Translations under genes and position numbers: made by a program | Part shown: piece by piece, positions 19,140 to 28,935 of the stretch | How positions within the stretch are numbered: the stretch's first letter is position 1 | Layout of the letters: each line of letters begins with the position of its first letter | The notes under the pieces: generated by a model | Seen by the model: the letters and a program-made list of their open reading frames with translations, nothing else | Told to the model about the DNA's origin: nothing | The model's database searches: none | Origin: an uncultured Candidatus Binatia bacterium | Lineage (GTDB): Bacteria > Desulfobacterota > Binatia > UBA9968 > JAJDTQ01 | Length of the DNA stretch: 64,000 bases | Direction: 5' to 3' | Assembly (NCBI GenBank): GCA_965213675.1 | Contig: OZ243916.1 | Location: forward strand, 992,001-1,056,000

Positions 19140-19796
19140 TTACACCACTCCGACGATGACGGCCAGAAACCAGACCACGAAGTCCATGATGGGCACCAGC
19201 GTGTAGGTCAGCGCACCGGTCATCAACAGCGCCACCACGATAATGAATCCGTAGGGCTCGATGCGGGACACTTGAGAGGCCTGGGGTTCCGGCAGCAGAC
19301 CCACCAGTACCCGGCCCCCGTCCAGCGGCGGCACGGGCATGACGTTGAACACCGCCAGCATGACGTTGATGCGCACGCTGGTGAGGCCCATGTACCAGAG
19401 ATACGACGACACCGTGCCGTCGACGGTGCTGCCGCTCATGATGATGATCTTGACCAGTATGAGGCTCAGCAGCGCCAGGATAATGTTCGCCCCCGGCCCG
19501 GCCAGGGCCACGCGAATCATGTCCCGGCGCGGATCCCGGAGGTTGTCGAAGTTCACCGGCACGGGCTTGGCGTAGCCGAACACTGGCCCGCCCGCCCAGA
19601 TGAGCAACGCGGGCAGCAGCACCGTGCCGACGATGTCGACATGCGACAGGGGGTTGAGCGTCAGCCGTCCCATGATGGCCGCCGTGGGGTCTCCCAGGCG
19701 GTAGGCCACCCAACCGTGGGCCACCTCGTGGAAGACGATGGCCACGAGGACGGGAAATGCCCACACGGTGAGCTGCCACAGGAAGTCTTGGGACAT
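19140..19796 (-). CDS. Site-2 protease family (M50) membrane metalloprotease
   Basis: HEVAH, GRLTLNP, FNVMPVPPLDG. Confidence 0.92.
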   Translation of the reverse strand: MSQDFLWQLTVWAFPVLVAIVFHEVAHGWVAYRLGDPTAAIMGRLTLNPLSHVDIVGTVLLPALLIWAGGPVFGYAKPVPVNFDNLRDPRRDMIRVALAGPGANIILALLSLILVKIIIMSGSTVDGTVSSYLWYMGLTSVRINVMLAVFNVMPVPPLDGGRVLVGLLPEPQASQVSRIEPYGFIIVVALLMTGALTYTLVPIMDFVVWFLAVIVGVV

Positions 19797-19841
19797 CGGG
19801 CTTTTTTAAGGGACGGACCGGGAAAACACAACGTACCCTGC

Positions 19842-20759
19842 TCAAGGGTCGGTGTCCGGGTTCTCGCGCGGGTGAAAACGCCGGTGCACCTGCTTGATGC
19901 GGCCACGGCTGACGTGGGTGTAGATCTGGGTGGTGGCGATATCCGAATGGCCCAGCATGGATTGCACGGCGCGCAGGTCGGCGCCGCCCTCCAGGAGGTG
20001 CGTGGCGAAGGAGTGGCGCAGGGTATGGGGGGTCACCCGGTACTGGAGGCCCGCGCGCACGGCATGGCCGCGCAGCAGCTTCCAGAACCCTTGGCGCGTG
20101 AGCGGCCTGGCCGAACGCGAGAGGAACACATGGTCGCTGTAGCGGCCGCGCAGAAAATGCGGGCGCACGTCGCGCAGGTAACGCTGGAGGCACTCGCGCG
20201 CATGGCGGCCGAAGGGGACCAGCCGCACCTTGGCGCCTTTCCCCTTGACGGTGACGTAGCCGCCATCGAGGTTGACTTGCGGCAAGGTCAGGGAAACCAG
20301 CTCCGAAACCCGCAGCCCGCTGCCGTAGAGCAGTTCGAGCATGGCGCGGTCCCGCGCCCCCAGCGGCTTCGCCTCGTCCGGCTGGTCCAGAAGCGCGCGC
20401 ATGTCCTCCGTGCCCAAGGTCCCGGGCAGGCGCCCGGCGGCGCCGCGGGACGAGAAGTCGGGCACCGGATCGGCCTCGATCACCTCTTCCTTCAGCAGGA
20501 AACGGAAGAAGCGCCGCATGCTCCCCAGCAGCCGCGTCACGGACAGCTCGCTCAAACCGGAGCCGCGCATCTCGGCGATGTAGGCGCGCAGGTCCCACCG
20601 GGTCGCGCCGCCCCATGCGGCCACGCCGCGCCGGGCGAGGAAGTCCACCAGGCGGTTGAGATCGCGGCTGTAGGCCTCCAGGGTGTTGGCCGACAGCCCG
20701 CGCTCCACCGCGGCCATCTCCAGGTACTGGTCCACGTGCGCCGTCAGCTCATCCATCAT
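19842..20759 (-). CDS. xerD: Tyrosine recombinase XerD
   Basis: LLYGSGLRVSE, HTLRHSFATHLL, LGH, TQIYT, HPR end. Confidence 0.93.
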   Translation of the reverse strand: MMDELTAHVDQYLEMAAVERGLSANTLEAYSRDLNRLVDFLARRGVAAWGGATRWDLRAYIAEMRGSGLSELSVTRLLGSMRRFFRFLLKEEVIEADPVPDFSSRGAAGRLPGTLGTEDMRALLDQPDEAKPLGARDRAMLELLYGSGLRVSELVSLTLPQVNLDGGYVTVKGKGAKVRLVPFGRHARECLQRYLRDVRPHFLRGRYSDHVFLSRSARPLTRQGFWKLLRGHAVRAGLQYRVTPHTLRHSFATHLLEGGADLRAVQSMLGHSDIATTQIYTHVSRGRIKQVHRRFHPRENPDTDP

Positions 20760-23502
20760 CCCGCGGCTCCAACTCCCTGTGCAGGGCCTCGCCCAGGCCG
20801 CGCAGGCGTTCGCCGTCCCGGACCTTCCGGCCGCGCGCGTCCGTCACATAGAAGACGTCGGCGACCCGGTCGACATCGGTGGAGATCTTGGCCAGATGGA
20901 TGGCGAAGTCCAGCTTCGCGAGCCAATGGGTAATGGTGAAGAGCACCCCCGCGCGGTCCCCGGTGTAGACCTCGATGATGGTGAAGTCGTCGGAAGCCTC
21001 GTTGTCCCATTGCACCTGCGTCGATGCCTTGACCACCGGCCGCAGCGACAGCCGTCGGCGCGACCGGGCCACGAGTTCGGCGACGTCCACTTCGCCTCGC
21101 AGCACCCGTCTCAAGATCGACTCCATGCGCGTCCACTTGTCCGGATCCATGACCACCTGGGCCTGCCCGTGGTGCGAGATGCGGAACACGTCGAGGATGA
21201 GGCCGTCGCGGCGGGTGTTGATGCGCGCGCTGAGCACGTTCAGCTCCATGGCGGCGAACACGCCGGCGATGGAAGCGAAGAGTCCGGACTGGTCATGCGC
21301 CGCCATGGCCACCTCGCTGTGCCCGTGTTCGGGATGATGCCGCACGTCGGCCAGGAAGGGTTCATGGGCAAGGCGCCGGAGGAGCCGGTAGTGGGACGGC
21401 ATGGTTTCCTCGGGGGTCGTGAGGAAGTAGCGCCCGGGCATGGCGTCGATGAACTCCCGCCGAACCTCGTCCCGCGGGTGCTCCTGCGCGAGTCGCGCCC
21501 ACAGCCGCTCCTGTACGCGCCGCACCTTGAGGTCGCGATCGGGGGCGGCCGACTCGCCCTTCTCGCGCTCTTCCAGCACCTGCAGGGTGCGGTTGAAGAG
21601 CTGTTCGAGCAAGGACCCCTTCCAGTTGTTCCACACCTCCGGGCCGACCGCCTTCATGTCGGAATACGTGAGCAGGTACAGTGCCTTGAGGCAGTCCGCC
21701 GTGCCCATGGCATCGGCCAAGTTCGCCACGGTCTTCTCGTCCTCGATGTCGCGGCGGAATGCCGTGCCGGTGAGCAGCAGGTGGTGGAGCACCAGGAACG
21801 ACAGCAGCTCCTGCTCGTCCTCGTTGAGGCCCATGCGCGCAGCCGCGTCCATGGCCATGGCCCGGCCCCGCTCCGAGTGGTTGCCGCCGTGGCCCTTGCC
21901 GATGTCGTGGAACAGAATCCCCAGGATCAGCACCTCCGGCCGCTGCACCTCCCGGGCAAGCTGGGACAGGCGCGGCAGCGATTCCACGAACTCCCCCGCA
22001 CGCAGCCGCTCGAACTCCTTCACCGCGCGCATGAGGTGCTGGTCCACCGTATAGATGTGATAGAGGTCGTGCAGCGCCATGCAGCGCACGCGCGCGAACT
22101 CCGGGACCAGGGCGTCGAGTACGCCGGCGCGATGCATCTCCAGCAGCGTCTCGTAGATCCAGTCGTTGCCCCGCAGGATGTCGAGAAAGCGCTGGTTGGC
22201 CGCCGCGGACGACGCCAGCGACGTGCTCAAAGTCTCGGAGCGGACGCGAACCGCGGCGCGCGAATCCTGCCCGAGGTTGAGGCGATGACGCTGCAGATCC
22301 GCGAACAGCTCCAGCAATTCCTCCGGCGTGCCCCTGATCGCGCCCGCGGTCAGCGCCAGTGTGTCCCCGGCGATGCGCACTCCCGGACGCAGCTCGCGGC
22401 CGGGATGCCCGGGGCGCCGTGGCGTGGAACCGTGCTCCACCGCCCGATGGAGGATCAGCGCCGACAGCCGGCTCACCTCCTCGGCGTGCCGGTAATAGCT
22501 GCGCATGAAGGTCTCCACCTCGCTCAGACGGGCCTCTGCGGTAAAGCCCAGTGCCGCGGCGGCCTGTTCCTGGGACTCGAAGGTGAGCCGGTCCTGGTGT
22601 CGCCCGGCGAGAAAATGCAGCTCGTTGCGCGTACGCCAGAGGAAGTCCCGCGCGCGCGCCAGCGTTTCCAGGTCCCGCTGGTCCAGCAGGCCGGCTTGGG
22701 TCAGATCCTCCAGGCGCGCCACGCCGCGCCTGGCTTGGGCGACCCACATGGCGCCGTGGATGTCGCGCAGACCGCCCTGGCCTTCCTTGACGTCCGGCTC
22801 CAGCAGGAACACGGACTCGCCGTACGCCTCGTGACGGCGGTGGCATTCGGCCAGCTTCCGCTGCACGAAGATCTCGCCCGCCCCGCCGGCGAGACGCCTG
22901 GACACCATGCGTTCCAGCGCGTGCGCCAGGCCCGCATCGCCGCACACGCGCCGCGCATCCAACAGCGCCGTCATGATGACGTCGTCGGCGCGGGCGCGGC
23001 GCAGGCATTCGTTCACCGTGCGCGTGGCATGACCCACGGTGAGACCCGCGTCCCACAAGGGATAGAGGATGCGTTCCGTGACGAACTCGACGTAGCCGGC
23101 GGCGCGCCAGCCGTACAGGAAGAGGATGTCGATGTCGGAGCCGGGGTTCAACTCCTCCCTGCCGTAACCCCCTTGCGCCACCACCGCGCAACGCCCGCGC
23201 AGCGCCGGGAGACGCGCGCCGTAGTCCCTTTCCGCGTTCTCGAACAGCCGCCGCAGGATTCCGTCCATCATCGCCGCCCGCGCCCGCACCACTTCCGTTC
23301 CCGAGGCGCCGGCCCGATGGGCGGCCAGCAGGAGACGTTGCCCCTCGGCGACGCAGGCGCGCACCGCCGGCGCGCTGGCGGCGCTGCCCAGATGTTCCTC
23401 CACGAGCGCGCGCCAGGGGAATGCGCCGCCCGCCCGCGCCATCGGGACGGCATCATCGACGCTCACGGCCTCACTCTCCGGCACCGGCGGCAACAGGGTC
23501 AT
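20749..23502 (-). CDS. glnD: [Protein-PII] uridylyltransferase
   Basis: GGYGR..L.P.SDID nucleotidyltransferase motif, KEGQGGLRD, HD domain, two ACT domains. Confidence 0.95.
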   Translation of the reverse strand: MTLLPPVPESEAVSVDDAVPMARAGGAFPWRALVEEHLGSAASAPAVRACVAEGQRLLLAAHRAGASGTEVVRARAAMMDGILRRLFENAERDYGARLPALRGRCAVVAQGGYGREELNPGSDIDILFLYGWRAAGYVEFVTERILYPLWDAGLTVGHATRTVNECLRRARADDVIMTALLDARRVCGDAGLAHALERMVSRRLAGGAGEIFVQRKLAECHRRHEAYGESVFLLEPDVKEGQGGLRDIHGAMWVAQARRGVARLEDLTQAGLLDQRDLETLARARDFLWRTRNELHFLAGRHQDRLTFESQEQAAAALGFTAEARLSEVETFMRSYYRHAEEVSRLSALILHRAVEHGSTPRRPGHPGRELRPGVRIAGDTLALTAGAIRGTPEELLELFADLQRHRLNLGQDSRAAVRVRSETLSTSLASSAAANQRFLDILRGNDWIYETLLEMHRAGVLDALVPEFARVRCMALHDLYHIYTVDQHLMRAVKEFERLRAGEFVESLPRLSQLAREVQRPEVLILGILFHDIGKGHGGNHSERGRAMAMDAAARMGLNEDEQELLSFLVLHHLLLTGTAFRRDIEDEKTVANLADAMGTADCLKALYLLTYSDMKAVGPEVWNNWKGSLLEQLFNRTLQVLEEREKGESAAPDRDLKVRRVQERLWARLAQEHPRDEVRREFIDAMPGRYFLTTPEETMPSHYRLLRRLAHEPFLADVRHHPEHGHSEVAMAAHDQSGLFASIAGVFAAMELNVLSARINTRRDGLILDVFRISHHGQAQVVMDPDKWTRMESILRRVLRGEVDVAELVARSRRRLSLRPVVKASTQVQWDNEASDDFTIIEVYTGDRAGVLFTITHWLAKLDFAIHLAKISTDVDRVADVFYVTDARGRKVRDGERLRGLGEALHRELEPRDDG

Positions 23503-24611
23503 GGGCCCCTCCTCGCGGGCGGCGTGTCGGCATAGTTCCGGATACCGCGAGACAAGCCTTCGACGATGGCCGTGCGCATTTTGGGACGTTGCAATTCCCG
23601 CGCCTCGCGGCGATTGCTCACGAAGAACAGTTCCGCCAGCGCCGCGGGCATGCGCGCTCCCACCAGCACGTAGAAGAGGCCCTTCTTGACGCCCAGATCA
23701 CGGGCTTGAGGGTAACGCGGCCGGACGTTCTCCACGACGGAGGACTGCAGGCGTTTCGCGAGCGTGATGGAATCCGGCACGTACGCGCTCAACTTGAGGT
23801 CGCTCAGTATGATCTGGAGATCCGTGAGGTTGCGGCGCGCGGTGCCGTTCTCCCGCGCCGCCAGCTTCATGGTGGCTTCGTCCGTGGTCTTGTCCAGGTA
23901 ATAGGTCTCGAGCCCGGCGGCGCGCCGGTTGGCGCTCGCATTGGAATGAATCGACACGAACAGGTCGGCCTTCTCCCGGTTCGCCATGGCCGTGCGCTCC
24001 TCGAGGGGCACGAAGACGTCCCGGTTCCGGGTCAGCACCACGTCCACGCCCATCTGCTTCCGGAGCCGGGGCGCCAGGTTCCGGGCCACGCGCAGCACCA
24101 CGTCCTTCTCCCGCAGCCCGCCGACTCCCACGGCGCCGGGATCCTTGCCGCCATGCCCCGGATCGAGCACGATCTTCCGTACCCTGCGATACCCGCGTCC
24201 CGCTCCCTTCCCGTCGCGCTCGACGTCGATGACGATTCGGTGCGGGTTGGCCATGAGCGCGATGTCGGGCTTGCCGCGGTGCTTGAGGTCGAGGACCACG
24301 CGCACGACGCGGGTCTTGAACTGACTGAGCCGGATGCGGCGCACCAAGCGATCATTGACATCGATCCGCCGGCCGCGCATGGTCAGGCGCGTGCCGGGAA
24401 TATCCAGGTAGATGCGCGACAGCTTCGAGCCGGAGGCCGGCGGCAAGCGGTGCGCGGAGTACCGCACCGGGCGGTTGAGGTCGATGATCACGCGCGTGTA
24501 ATGCACCCCGGACAGGTGGCGCACGCCCGTGAGCCGCGCCGTCTGGGCCGCCGCGTCGGCCGCGGGGACGACGACGCACAACACCGCCAGCAAGGACAGC
24601 AAACGCGCCAC
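23499..24611 (-). CDS. amiC: N-acetylmuramoyl-L-alanine amidase (AMIN + Amidase_3)
   Basis: Signal peptide, AMIN RVVLDL, LDPGHGG, SIHSN, LAE. Confidence 0.88.
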   Translation of the reverse strand: MARLLSLLAVLCVVVPAADAAAQTARLTGVRHLSGVHYTRVIIDLNRPVRYSAHRLPPASGSKLSRIYLDIPGTRLTMRGRRIDVNDRLVRRIRLSQFKTRVVRVVLDLKHRGKPDIALMANPHRIVIDVERDGKGAGRGYRRVRKIVLDPGHGGKDPGAVGVGGLREKDVVLRVARNLAPRLRKQMGVDVVLTRNRDVFVPLEERTAMANREKADLFVSIHSNASANRRAAGLETYYLDKTTDEATMKLAARENGTARRNLTDLQIILSDLKLSAYVPDSITLAKRLQSSVVENVRPRYPQARDLGVKKGLFYVLVGARMPAALAELFFVSNRREARELQRPKMRTAIVEGLSRGIRNYADTPPARRGP

Positions 24612-27212
24612 TCAGCCCTCCCTTTTGACCTCCGCCACGAGGCCGTCCAACACGCTCAGCGCCTCCAGCGGCGTGAGCGCGTTCACGTCGATGTGCCGGA
24701 GTTTCTCCCGCAGCCGTCCTTCACTCTTGCGCGGCTCGTACAACGATAGCTGGGCACCCTTCGGCGTCGCATCGTCCCCGGCCAGCCGCGGCTGTCCCCA
24801 GGCGTTCAGCTCCTCGCCCTCGAGGTTCTTCAGAATCTCCTTGGCGCGCGCGATGAGAGAACCCGGCAGCCCCGCCAGACCGGCCACCTGGATGCCGTAA
24901 CTGCGGCTTGCGGGTCCCTCCTTCAAGGTGCGGAGAAAGATCACGTCCCCCTGCCATTCCTTGACCGCGAAGTTGAAGTTCTTCACGCGCTCGCGGGTGC
25001 GCGCCAGACCGGTCAACTCATGGTAGTGGGTGGCGAACAGCGTGCGCGGCCGCTGCGGCGATTCGTGCAGGAACTCGGCCAGCGACCAAGCGATGGAAAT
25101 GCCGTCGAAGGTGCTGGTGCCGCGTCCCACCTCGTCCAGCAGGATCAGGCTCCGGGGTGTGGCCAGGCGCAGGATGCGCGCGGTCTCCTTCATCTCCACC
25201 ATGAACGTGGACTCGCCCGACGACAGCGCGTCGGTGGCGCCGAAACGGGTGAACAGACGGTCCACGAGGCCCACGTGGGCCGCGTCCGCGGGCACGAAGC
25301 TGCCCATCTGCGCCAGGATCACCACCAGCGCCACCTGCCGCATGTAGGTGGACTTGCCCGCCATGTTGGGACCGGTGAGGAGCTTGATCTGTGTGCTCTC
25401 GGCGTCCATGTCGCAGTCGTTGGGGACGAAGCCGCCGCGCCCCAGCACCGCCTCCACCACGGGATGGCGCGCGGCGCGCAGCGACAGCCGCATGCTGGAA
25501 TCCACCCGCGGCCGCACGAAGTGTTCCCGCACGGCGGTCTCGGCCAGCGCTGCCAGGGTATCCAGGCGCGCCAGCGCCAGACTGGTCTGCCTGAGGACCG
25601 TGTAGTGCGCCGCGACGCGCTCCACAAGTTCCTGGAGAATCCGCCCCTCGATCTTGAGGATCTCTTCTTCGGAACCGAGCACCCGGGCCTCGCAGTCCTT
25701 GAGTTCCGGCGTGATGAAGCGCTCGCCGTTGGCCAGGGTCTGCTTGCGGATGTAGTTGTCCGGCACATGCGCCAGGTTGGCCTTGGTGACCTCGATGTAG
25801 TAGCCGAAGACCTTGTTGTAGCGCACCTTGAGGGACTGGACGCCGGTACGCCGGCGTTCCTGGTGTTGCAGTTCGGCAATCCATCCCTTGGCATTGCCGC
25901 GAATGGCCGTGAGGGAGTCCAGTTCGGAGTCGAATCCCGGACGCACGTAACCACCGCCGCGCGCCATGGCCGGCGGCTCGTCCACCAGCGCCCGTTGCAA
26001 CAGGTCCATCACCTCCGGCATGGGGTGAAGTTGACCCCGGAGTTCGGCCAACAATTCGCTGGCGCACCCGTGGAGCGAGTCGCGCACGCTGTCCAGGGCG
26101 CCCAGCGTGTCCTTGACCGCGGCGAGATCCCTCGGCCCGGCCGTGCGCGCGGCGACGCGGCCGGAAAGCCGCTCCAGATCCTGAACGCCGCGCAGCGCAT
26201 CGCGCAGGCGGGCGCGCCGGTCCGCACCCTCCCACAACTCCTCCACAGCGTCCTGGCGGCGCCGGATGCCGCGCTCGTCGAGCAACGGATAGAGGATCCA
26301 CTTGCGCAACTCGCGCGCGCCCATGGCCGTGCGCGTGGGCTCCAGCACACCCAGCAGCGAACCCCGGCGGCTTCCGTCAAAGCTCCGCAGCAGCTCGAGG
26401 TTGGCCTGTGCGTACTCGTCGAGCATGAGGAATTGCGCGGCGCGGTACGGCTCCAGCACGGTGAGCACCGGCACCGAGCCGGGCGAGCGATCTTCCAGAT
26501 AGGCACGCAGGGCCGCCGCGGCGCTTACGCCCAGGGGCCATTCGGCGGGCGGCCCGCCGTACAGGCCGGCGCCTTCCAGCCTGCGGACCGCGGCGCTGCC
26601 GAACCACTCGTCCGGGCCCGGCGTGCAGTGCACCCCGGCGTAGTCCTCGGTCAAGCGCCGGTGCGCATCGGCGCCGGTCTCCGGGATCAGCAGCTCGCGT
26701 GGCTGGATGCGTCCGAGCTCGTTGGCGAGGGCCGCATAACCCGTGATCTGCGTGAAGCGGAACTCGCCGGTGGTGATGTCGGTCAGGGCCAGGCCGTATT
26801 CGCCGCGGGAGGCCGTCACCGCCACGAGGTAGTTATTGACCCCGGCGTCGAGGCCCTCGCCTTCCGTGAGCGTACCGGGGCTGACGACCTTGATCACCTC
26901 CCGGCGCACCACCCCCTTGGCGAGCTTCGGGTCCTCGGTCTGTTCGCACACCGCCACCTTGAAGCCCGCGGACAGGAGCTTGCCGATGTAGGGCGTGGCG
27001 GCATGGTGCGGCACGCCGCACAACGGCACCGGCGCGCCGTCGCTGCGGTTGCGGCTGGTGAGCGCGATGTCCAGGACCTTGGACGCCTTCTCCGCATCCT
27101 CGAAGAACATCTCGTAGAAGTCCCCGAGCCGGAAGAACAGGATGGCGTCCTGGTGACGCTCCTTGATCTCCAGGTACTGATGCATCATGGGCGTGAGCCG
27201 TGTCCGGTCCAT
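24612..27212 (-). CDS. mutS: DNA mismatch repair protein MutS
   Basis: TPMMHQY, GDFYEMF, TGPNMAGKST, STFMVEM, DEVGRGT, ATHYHEL. Confidence 0.98.
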   Translation of the reverse strand: MDRTRLTPMMHQYLEIKERHQDAILFFRLGDFYEMFFEDAEKASKVLDIALTSRNRSDGAPVPLCGVPHHAATPYIGKLLSAGFKVAVCEQTEDPKLAKGVVRREVIKVVSPGTLTEGEGLDAGVNNYLVAVTASRGEYGLALTDITTGEFRFTQITGYAALANELGRIQPRELLIPETGADAHRRLTEDYAGVHCTPGPDEWFGSAAVRRLEGAGLYGGPPAEWPLGVSAAAALRAYLEDRSPGSVPVLTVLEPYRAAQFLMLDEYAQANLELLRSFDGSRRGSLLGVLEPTRTAMGARELRKWILYPLLDERGIRRRQDAVEELWEGADRRARLRDALRGVQDLERLSGRVAARTAGPRDLAAVKDTLGALDSVRDSLHGCASELLAELRGQLHPMPEVMDLLQRALVDEPPAMARGGGYVRPGFDSELDSLTAIRGNAKGWIAELQHQERRRTGVQSLKVRYNKVFGYYIEVTKANLAHVPDNYIRKQTLANGERFITPELKDCEARVLGSEEEILKIEGRILQELVERVAAHYTVLRQTSLALARLDTLAALAETAVREHFVRPRVDSSMRLSLRAARHPVVEAVLGRGGFVPNDCDMDAESTQIKLLTGPNMAGKSTYMRQVALVVILAQMGSFVPADAAHVGLVDRLFTRFGATDALSSGESTFMVEMKETARILRLATPRSLILLDEVGRGTSTFDGISIAWSLAEFLHESPQRPRTLFATHYHELTGLARTRERVKNFNFAVKEWQGDVIFLRTLKEGPASRSYGIQVAGLAGLPGSLIARAKEILKNLEGEELNAWGQPRLAGDDATPKGAQLSLYEPRKSEGRLREKLRHIDVNALTPLEALSVLDGLVAEVKREG

Positions 27213-27317
27213 CAGCGTATCCCAAGCGGCCGGGCCCGAACCCAACGGCAGCCGCCAGAGCCCGCTCCCGCAAGGGGCGGCAGGCCCGCGGACCGCCGTC
27301 TTGGACGCACGATGAAA

Positions 27318-28913
27318 CTACACCTTGCGCCGCTGGCCCAGCAGGTAGTCTACCAGAAGGTATTGTCCCAGACGATCAGGACGGGTAAAGAAAGCCCGGC
27401 CCTTGTTGAGGCGGGTCATTTCGTCCACGAAGCCCTTGAGCACCGGGCTGTCGTCGAGCATGAAGGTGTTGATGGTGATGCCCCGCTGGGTGACTCGCCT
27501 GGCCTCCTTGAGGGTCTCCTCGGCGGCGCGCTGGCTGATGCCGCCGAAGCTGAGAGGCCACTCGCAATAGAGCCGTCCCTGGCGGCAGTAGGCGGTGGGC
27601 TGGCCGTCGGTGATGACGATGATCTGTTGATTCCGGGTGGAGCTGCGCTTCTTGAGCAGATCAATGGCGAGATGGAGCCCGTCCTGGAGATTGGTGAACG
27701 GATCGCCCATGTTCCACGTGGCTTCCGGCAAGTCCTTGGCCTTGAGTTCCACCGCGCGCGTGAAAAAGCCGACGATGCCGAAGTAGTCCTGGGGATATTT
27801 GGAGCGGCACAGGGATTCCATGGCCAAGGCCACCTTCTTGGCGGCGGCGAAGCGGCCGTCCCAACTCATGGACCAGCTCATGTCCAGCAGCAGCACGGTG
27901 GCCGCGCGGGTGGAGTACTCCGATTCGAGCACCCGGAAGTCCGCCGGGTCGAGGCGGAGCGGCAGCGTCGCGTCCCGGCGCAGGGTGCTCTTCAGGGTCT
28001 CCAACAGGTTCAGGTTGAGCGGGTCGCCGGACACGTACGGTTTGCTCGATTCCGGCACGGGCTCCTGCGAGCCGTGCCGGGCGATCTGGTGCCGTCCGGC
28101 GGCGTCTCGCGCGAGCTGCTGGTAGATGTCGCGCAGCGCGATCTGACCGATGCGCCGAACGCCGCGCGGCGTCAGGTCAAAGTGGTCGCCCTTGTCGACC
28201 ACATAGCCGCCGTCTTCAAGCGCCGACTCCAGACGCATGACCCCTTCGTAATCCTCCTGAGCCTGCGGGCCGAGGAGGCTGTTCAGCAAGTCCAGGTCCA
28301 CGTCCTTGGGGCGACTGCTGGAAAGCTGGCCCTCCAGCTTCTGCAACCCCTCCATCCGCTCCTGCAACTCCGAGGCCTCCTCGAAATTCAACGATTCCTG
28401 CCCCCTGAACAGGTTTCCTTCACGCCGAATATAGTTTTCCAGCCGGCGGATCTTGTCCAGTTGGGAGAGTATCTCCTCGAAGTCCTTGCGCGCCTCCGCG
28501 TTCTCGAAACTGTAGCCCGCGAGCCGCTCGATGGCGTCGCTCAGCTTGGGCGGCAAATGCTGCAGGAAATCGTCCTTCTGCTTCGCCTCGGCCCGGTCCT
28601 CCTGCTCCTTCAGGGTCTGGCGTTCCCGGTTGACAATGTCCTGAAGCATCTCCTGGACTTCGTCCAGAGCCGAACGAATCTGATACTGCTCGTACATGCG
28701 GCGCTTTTCGCGCGCCACTTGCGACAACAGGTCGTCGAGCCCCGTGGTGCGCTCCTCGTCTTCGCCCATGCCGCGCTGCATCAGCCGGCGCATGGACTGC
28801 TGCAGGTCGCCGGTCTCGTCGAGATGTTCGTTGAGCTGGTCGAAGACGTCGTCCGGCCGCACCGACCGGTCCTGGGAACCGTGCCAGCGGCTGTAGCGGG
28901 CGTGGTGGATCAT
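27318..28913 (-). CDS. VWA-domain protein (partner of the adjacent AAA+ ATPase)
   Basis: MIDAS DMSWSM, TN, VITDGQPTA. Confidence 0.85.
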   Translation of the reverse strand: MIHHARYSRWHGSQDRSVRPDDVFDQLNEHLDETGDLQQSMRRLMQRGMGEDEERTTGLDDLLSQVAREKRRMYEQYQIRSALDEVQEMLQDIVNRERQTLKEQEDRAEAKQKDDFLQHLPPKLSDAIERLAGYSFENAEARKDFEEILSQLDKIRRLENYIRREGNLFRGQESLNFEEASELQERMEGLQKLEGQLSSSRPKDVDLDLLNSLLGPQAQEDYEGVMRLESALEDGGYVVDKGDHFDLTPRGVRRIGQIALRDIYQQLARDAAGRHQIARHGSQEPVPESSKPYVSGDPLNLNLLETLKSTLRRDATLPLRLDPADFRVLESEYSTRAATVLLLDMSWSMSWDGRFAAAKKVALAMESLCRSKYPQDYFGIVGFFTRAVELKAKDLPEATWNMGDPFTNLQDGLHLAIDLLKKRSSTRNQQIIVITDGQPTAYCRQGRLYCEWPLSFGGISQRAAEETLKEARRVTQRGITINTFMLDDSPVLKGFVDEMTRLNKGRAFFTRPDRLGQYLLVDYLLGQRRKV

Positions 28914-28935
28914 CGTACGTGAACCGCGGCCGTCA

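Noticed and set aside
19842-20759. Phage or island integrase
   Set aside because: Typical chromosomal XerD in housekeeping context with no att sites or cargo
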